Shown: positions 44,818 to 49,747 of the stretch, piece after piece | Layout: each line of letters opens with the position of its first letter | Position numbering within the stretch: the first letter of the stretch is position 1 | NCBI GenBank assembly: GCA_031381865.1 | Contig: JANMYG010000098.1 | Span: forward strand, 1 to 49,747 | DNA: 49,747 bases | Origin: Betaproteobacteria bacterium | GTDB taxonomy: Bacteria > Pseudomonadota > Gammaproteobacteria > Burkholderiales > Burkholderiaceae_C | Direction of reading: 5' to 3' | Made by a program: the position numbers and the translations under genes | Notes under the pieces: model-generated | Told to the model about the DNA's origin: nothing | What the model saw: the letters and a program-made list of their open reading frames with translations, nothing else | The model's database searches: none

Positions 44818-46251
44818 ATGCAACTCAACTACATCGCCAACGCATCACGCCCCTCGTCCAGCGGGCGCGTGATTCCTGTCATCGACCCCTCGCACGGGCA
44901 GCCGTTCGACGAAATTCAACGCAGCAATGCGGCCGACATCGACACGGCAGTCGGCGCGGCGCGCCAATGCATGGATGCGGTCTGGGGAAAATTCAGCGCG
45001 ACCGAACGCGGTCGCCTGTTGATGCGGTTGTCACAAAAGGTGACTGAACATGCCGAGGAACTGGCGCAGATCGAGATGCGCGATTGCGGCAAACCAGCCA
45101 AACAGGCCCGCGCCGACGCCGCGGCACTGGCGCGTTATTTCGAGTTTTATGCCGGCAGCTGCGACAAGCTGCATGGCGAGACCATCCCGTACCAGGACGG
45201 CTACAGTGTTTTCACCTGGCGCGAACCGCATGGTGTGACCGGGCACATCATTCCGTGGAACTACCCGATGCAGATCTTCGGGCGCAGCGTGGGCGGCGCG
45301 TTGGCCGGTGGCAACGTGTGTGTCGTCAAGCCGGCCGAGGACGCCTGCCTGTCGCTCCTTCGGGTGGCGCAACTGGCGGCGGAGGCCGGTTTCCCCGCCG
45401 GTGCGATCAACATCGTGACCGGCTACGGACACGAGGTCGGCGACGCGCTGGCGCGCCATGCCGGCATCGACCACATCAGCTTCACCGGCAGCCCCAAGGT
45501 CGGCACCCTGATACAGCAGGTAGCGGCCGAGCGCCACTGCCCGGTGACGCTCGAACTTGGCGGCAAGAGTCCGCAAATCGTGTTCGCCGATGCCGACCTG
45601 GACGCGGTCATACCGGCAGTCATCAACGCCATCGTGCAAAACGCCGGCCAGACCTGCTCGGCCGGTTCGCGGCTGCTGGTGGACCAGGCGATTTACGAGC
45701 CGTTGTTGCAGCGCCTGGGCGCCGCGTTCACCCAGCTGCGTGTCGGCCCGGCGGCGATGGACCTCGACCTGGGCCCGCTGATCCGGCAGAGCCAGCAGCA
45801 ACGCGTGTGGGATTTCCTGAGTGATGCGCAGGTCGCCGGCATTCCCATGGTGGCTCAGGGGCAGATCGTCGACGATGCACCGGACAGCGGCTTCTATCAG
45901 GCGCCGACCCTGCTGCGCGACGTGCCCGTCATGCACCGGTTGGCGCAGGAAGAGGTGTTCGGCCCGGTGCTGGCGGCGATGGCCTTTGTCGATGAGGACC
46001 ATGCGGTCGAACTGGCCAACGCCACGCAGTTCGGACTGGTCGCGGGCGTCTGGACACGCGACGGCGCGCGCCAGTTCCGGATGGCCAAACGCGTGCGCAG
46101 CGGCCAGGTGTTCATCAACAACTACGGCGCCGGTGGTGGCGTCGAGTTGCCATTCGGCGGCGTCAAGTCGTCTGGCCACGGACGAGAAAAGGGCTTCGAA
46201 GCCCTGTACGGTTTCACGACGCTCAAGACCGTCGCCATTCGACACGGGTAG
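44818..46251 (+). CDS. Aldehyde dehydrogenase family protein
   Basis: IIPWNYP, FTGS, LELGGKSP, GQTCSAG (catalytic Cys), EEVFGP, PFGGVKSSG. Confidence 0.93.
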   Translation: MQLNYIANASRPSSSGRVIPVIDPSHGQPFDEIQRSNAADIDTAVGAARQCMDAVWGKFSATERGRLLMRLSQKVTEHAEELAQIEMRDCGKPAKQARADAAALARYFEFYAGSCDKLHGETIPYQDGYSVFTWREPHGVTGHIIPWNYPMQIFGRSVGGALAGGNVCVVKPAEDACLSLLRVAQLAAEAGFPAGAINIVTGYGHEVGDALARHAGIDHISFTGSPKVGTLIQQVAAERHCPVTLELGGKSPQIVFADADLDAVIPAVINAIVQNAGQTCSAGSRLLVDQAIYEPLLQRLGAAFTQLRVGPAAMDLDLGPLIRQSQQQRVWDFLSDAQVAGIPMVAQGQIVDDAPDSGFYQAPTLLRDVPVMHRLAQEEVFGPVLAAMAFVDEDHAVELANATQFGLVAGVWTRDGARQFRMAKRVRSGQVFINNYGAGGGVELPFGGVKSSGHGREKGFEALYGFTTLKTVAIRHG

Positions 46252-46300
46252 CCGGGGCATGCCGGCCGGCGGCAATCAACAACAGCGAAGGAAAAGCAGC

Positions 46301-47062
46301 ATGCGTGTTCAAGGCAAGTCGATCATCGTGACCGGTTCCGGCAGCGGCATCGGCGCGGGTATTGCCCAGCGACTGGCGGCCGAGGGCGCCAGCGTGGTCG
46401 TGAACGACATCAACGCCGCGATGGGTCAAGCCGTTGCCGCGGGAATCCGGGCGTCTGGCGGCAACGCCGTGTTTTTTGCCGCCGACGTCACCCGCAGCGC
46501 CGACATGAAGGCACTGGTGGACGCCACGGTGCAGCAGTTCGGCCGGCTCGATGTGATGGTCAACAACGCCGGCTGGACCCACCGCAACCGCCCGGCACTG
46601 GAAGTCGGCGAGGACGAATTCGACAAGTGCTTCGCAGTCAACGTCAAGAGCCTGTACCTGGCCACGGTGCATGCAACGCCGGTCTTCAGAGCCCAGGGTG
46701 GCGGCAGCTTCATCACGATCGCGTCCACCGCCGGATTGCGGCCGCGCCCCGGGCTGACCTGGTACAACGCCTCCAAGGGCGCGGCAATCACCTTGTCCAA
46801 GTCGCTCGCCGCCGAACTCGGCCCGGACAACATCCGCGTGAACTGCATCAACCCGGTGTTCAACCCCGACACCGGGCTGTCGGCGGAGTTTGCCGGCGGT
46901 CCGCTGGACGAGGCCCGGCGCGCCAAGTTCCTCGCGACGATTCCGCTCGGGCGATTCTCGACCGCGCTCGATGTCGCCAATGCGGCGCTGTACCTGTCCA
47001 GCGATGAAGCCGCGTTCATCAGCGGCGTGTGTATCGAAGTCGATGGCGCACGTTGTGTTTGA
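46301..47062 (+). CDS. Short-chain dehydrogenase/reductase (FabG-like)
   Basis: [17 protein letters not shown]. Confidence 0.9.
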   Translation: MRVQGKSIIVTGSGSGIGAGIAQRLAAEGASVVVNDINAAMGQAVAAGIRASGGNAVFFAADVTRSADMKALVDATVQQFGRLDVMVNNAGWTHRNRPALEVGEDEFDKCFAVNVKSLYLATVHATPVFRAQGGGSFITIASTAGLRPRPGLTWYNASKGAAITLSKSLAAELGPDNIRVNCINPVFNPDTGLSAEFAGGPLDEARRAKFLATIPLGRFSTALDVANAALYLSSDEAAFISGVCIEVDGARCV

Positions 47063-47130
47063 CTGCGCCGGCGCCGGTGCCTTTGCCCCGGGGCTGTCGC
47101 AACGCGCCGCCATTGCGGCAAAATCAAGCC

Positions 47131-48258
47131 ATGTCTGAACGCGTGATTCCCCTGGTCGATCAACGCAACTCCGCCTGGCGGCCAGTCGTGCCGATCGCGA
47201 CAATACCGGCCACCGGAATACTGACGGACACCTTGCGCCGCCCTCTGCGCGACCTGCGTATCAGCGTCACCGACCGGTGCAATTTTCGCTGCAGCTATTG
47301 CATGCCCAAAGAGGTGTACGACAAGGACCACACCTACCTGCCACATGCTGCGCTGTTGAGCTTCGAGGAAATCACGCGCCTGGCACGCCTGTTCGTGGCG
47401 CACGGTGTGGGCAAGATCCGGCTCACCGGTGGCGAGCCGCTGCTGCGCAAGAATATCGAGGTCCTGATCGGGCAGTTGGCGGCGTTGCGGACTGTCGATG
47501 GCCGCCCGCTGGACATCACCCTGACCACCAACGGCTCCCTGCTCGCGCGCAAGGCCCGGACCTTGAAGGACGCCGGGCTGCAACGCGTCACGGTGAGCCT
47601 GGACGGGCTCGATGACGCCGTCTTTCGCAGCATGAACGACGTCGACTTCCCGGTTGCCGAAGTGCTGGCCGGCATCGACGCGGCGCGGGACGCGGGCCTG
47701 GGGCCGATCAAGGTCAACATGGTGGTCAAGCGCGGAACCAATGAACACGAAATCCTGCCGATGGCGCGCCATTTCCGTGGCACCGGGATCGTGTTGCGCT
47801 TCATCGAATACATGGACGTCGGGGCCACCAATGGATGGCGCATGGACGAGGTCATGCCGTCGGCCGAAGTCGTCCGCATGGTCCACGAGGAACTGCCGCT
47901 GGTGCAACTCGATCCGGCCAATCCGGGTGAAACCGCCGAGCGCTGGGGATACGCCGGCACGACCGGGCGGTTCCAGCCGGACCTCGGTGAGATCGGTGTC
48001 ATCAGCAGCGTGACGCAGGCGTTTTGCCACGATTGCAACCGCGCCCGCCTGTCGACCGAAGGCAAGCTCTACCTGTGCCTGTTTGCATCGCAGGGGCATG
48101 ACCTGCGCAGCCTGTTGCGCTCGGGCGCCAGCGATGACGCGATTTCGTCCGCGATCGGCCATATCTGGAGCGGGCGCAGCGACCGCTACTCCGAACTGCG
48201 CGGCACCCTGGCCGGCACGGGCGCGCCCCGGGTCGAGATGAGTTACATCGGCGGTTGA
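47131..48258 (+). CDS. moaA: GTP 3',8-cyclase
   Basis: [33 protein letters not shown]...CLF, C-terminal MSYIGG. Confidence 0.96.
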   Translation: MSERVIPLVDQRNSAWRPVVPIATIPATGILTDTLRRPLRDLRISVTDRCNFRCSYCMPKEVYDKDHTYLPHAALLSFEEITRLARLFVAHGVGKIRLTGGEPLLRKNIEVLIGQLAALRTVDGRPLDITLTTNGSLLARKARTLKDAGLQRVTVSLDGLDDAVFRSMNDVDFPVAEVLAGIDAARDAGLGPIKVNMVVKRGTNEHEILPMARHFRGTGIVLRFIEYMDVGATNGWRMDEVMPSAEVVRMVHEELPLVQLDPANPGETAERWGYAGTTGRFQPDLGEIGVISSVTQAFCHDCNRARLSTEGKLYLCLFASQGHDLRSLLRSGASDDAISSAIGHIWSGRSDRYSELRGTLAGTGAPRVEMSYIGG

Positions 48259-48355
48259 GCAGCATGCCCGCCATTGCACCCTGCCCGCGGTTGTCCGGCC
48301 TGAAGGTCGGCATCGACCTGTTGCCGCATGGCGACCAGCCCGGGGCGCGGCCGCC

Positions 48356-49657
48356 ATGAGCCAGTCGATCGACCAGATCGCCGCGCAATTGCAGGGTTAC
48401 GATCCGCAGGCCTTGAGCGCCCAGGACGTGAACCTGTTCCTGGCGCGCCTGGTCGAGCCGGTCGTACAGACCGAAGAGGTCGGTATCTTCGATGCGCTGG
48501 GACGCGTGCTGGCACACGACCTGGTGTCGCCGATCAGCGTGCCGCCACACGACAACTCGGCCATGGACGGCTTCGCCTTCGATGGTGCGGCATTGGCCGG
48601 CACCGGGCCGCTGGTGCTCAAGGTCGTCGGTACGGCGCTCGCCGGCCAGGCCTGGCAGGGCCGGGCCGGCGTCGGCGACGCGGTGAAGATCATGACCGGC
48701 GCTGTCATGCCTGAGGGCCTGGACACCGTGGTGCCGCAGGAGCTGGCGCGCCAGCAGGGCGACGCGATCACGATCGCAGCCGGGTCGCTGGCGCATGGCG
48801 ACAACCGCCGCAAGCTGGGTGAAGACCTGCACGCAGGCCAGCCCGCGCTGCGCGGTGGTGATCTGCTCGGTCCGGCCGGCCTGGGCCTGGTGGCCAGCCT
48901 CGGGGTTGGCCGGGTCACGGTCTGGCGCAAGCTCCGGGTCGCCTATTTTTCGACCGGCAACGAGATCCTGAGCCTGGGTGAGGCGCCGCGCGAGGGCGCG
49001 GTGTACGACAGCAACCGTTACACGGCGTTCGGCCTGCTGAGCCGCCTGGGCGTTCAGGTCATCGACATGGGCGTGGTGCGCGACGACCCGGCCGAACTCG
49101 AAGCGGCGTTCGTTGCTGCCGCGAAAAATGCCGACGCGATCATCACCAGCGGCGGTGTCAGTGTCGGCGAGGCTGACTACACCAAGGCCATGATGAAGAA
49201 ATTGTCGATCGACGGCGGTGGCGTGGCATTCTGGCGCATCGCGATGCGCCCCGGCCGGCCGATGGCGGTGGGGCGCATCGCCGCCGATACGGCGGGCGGC
49301 AGGCACTCTGCGGTGCTGTTCGGGCTGCCGGGCAACCCGGTAGCCGTCATGGTCACCTTCCTCGCATTCGTGCGCCCGGCGCTGCTGCAGATGATGGGCT
49401 GCAGCAGCCAGGCCACGCCTATGCTGCGAGCGCACAGCATGGAGCCGATACGCAAGAAGCCCGGGCGCACCGAGTACCAGCGCGCCATCCTCGAACTCAA
49501 GAATGGCGAAATGACCGTGCGCACCACCGGCCAGCAGGGCTCGGGCGTGCTGCGCTCGATGAGCGAAGCCAATTGCTTTGTCGTGCGGGGGCATGAGACG
49601 GGCAGCGTAAGTCCCGGCGATCCGGTCGACGTGATGGTATTCGCGGGACTTGTTTGA
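48356..49657 (+). CDS. moeA: Molybdopterin molybdotransferase
   Basis: SAMDGFA, IMTGA, STGNE, DSNR, SGGVSVGEAD, PGRP, GLPGNP, QGSG. Confidence 0.95.
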   Translation: MSQSIDQIAAQLQGYDPQALSAQDVNLFLARLVEPVVQTEEVGIFDALGRVLAHDLVSPISVPPHDNSAMDGFAFDGAALAGTGPLVLKVVGTALAGQAWQGRAGVGDAVKIMTGAVMPEGLDTVVPQELARQQGDAITIAAGSLAHGDNRRKLGEDLHAGQPALRGGDLLGPAGLGLVASLGVGRVTVWRKLRVAYFSTGNEILSLGEAPREGAVYDSNRYTAFGLLSRLGVQVIDMGVVRDDPAELEAAFVAAAKNADAIITSGGVSVGEADYTKAMMKKLSIDGGGVAFWRIAMRPGRPMAVGRIAADTAGGRHSAVLFGLPGNPVAVMVTFLAFVRPALLQMMGCSSQATPMLRAHSMEPIRKKPGRTEYQRAILELKNGEMTVRTTGQQGSGVLRSMSEANCFVVRGHETGSVSPGDPVDVMVFAGLV

Positions 49658-49747
49658 CGCCGGGCGATCGCGCCGCATGCACGGCGGCCGGCGCGACAAG
49701 CGGCTGGCACGCGTCGCTGGCATTGGGCTTCGACAACACCGAAGGCA

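Overview
GC-rich betaproteobacterial chromosomal segment; gene content and order point to Burkholderiales, probably Comamonadaceae (inference). The housekeeping backbone runs: ilvD (partial), Trp-rich small protein, cytochrome c, acs, UPF0114 protein, class I fumarase, tRNA-Arg/tRNA-Pro, aat-bpt, IclR, pbpG, leuA, pssA, ilvC-ilvH-ilvI, an ECF sigma cluster, dgkA, LOG, glnB-nadE, GST, Bug, ppa/hppA, aldehyde dehydrogenase, SDR, moaA and moeA. Four accessory-looking blocks interrupt it: (1) a class III cyclase-TolB-like-TPR gene split by one in-frame TAG; (2) an ion-homeostasis block (NhaD/ArsB-like permease, nhaA, cardiolipin synthase, TerB-like protein); (3) a complete oppABCDF operon with an intergenic palindromic repeat; (4) next to tRNA-Arg, the most interesting unit: a well-formed yybP-ykoY (Mn2+) riboswitch in front of a 109-aa LysR-type protein that has no effector-binding domain, divergent from a TerC-USP fusion gene with an internal in-frame start. 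Elements absent from the ORF track include a Leu-rich leader peptide/attenuator upstream of leuA, a possible degenerate second yybP-ykoY element upstream of terB, and structured leaders upstream of ilvH and hppA. No integrase, transposase or CRISPR array was seen. All family calls come from motif recognition, not database searches.
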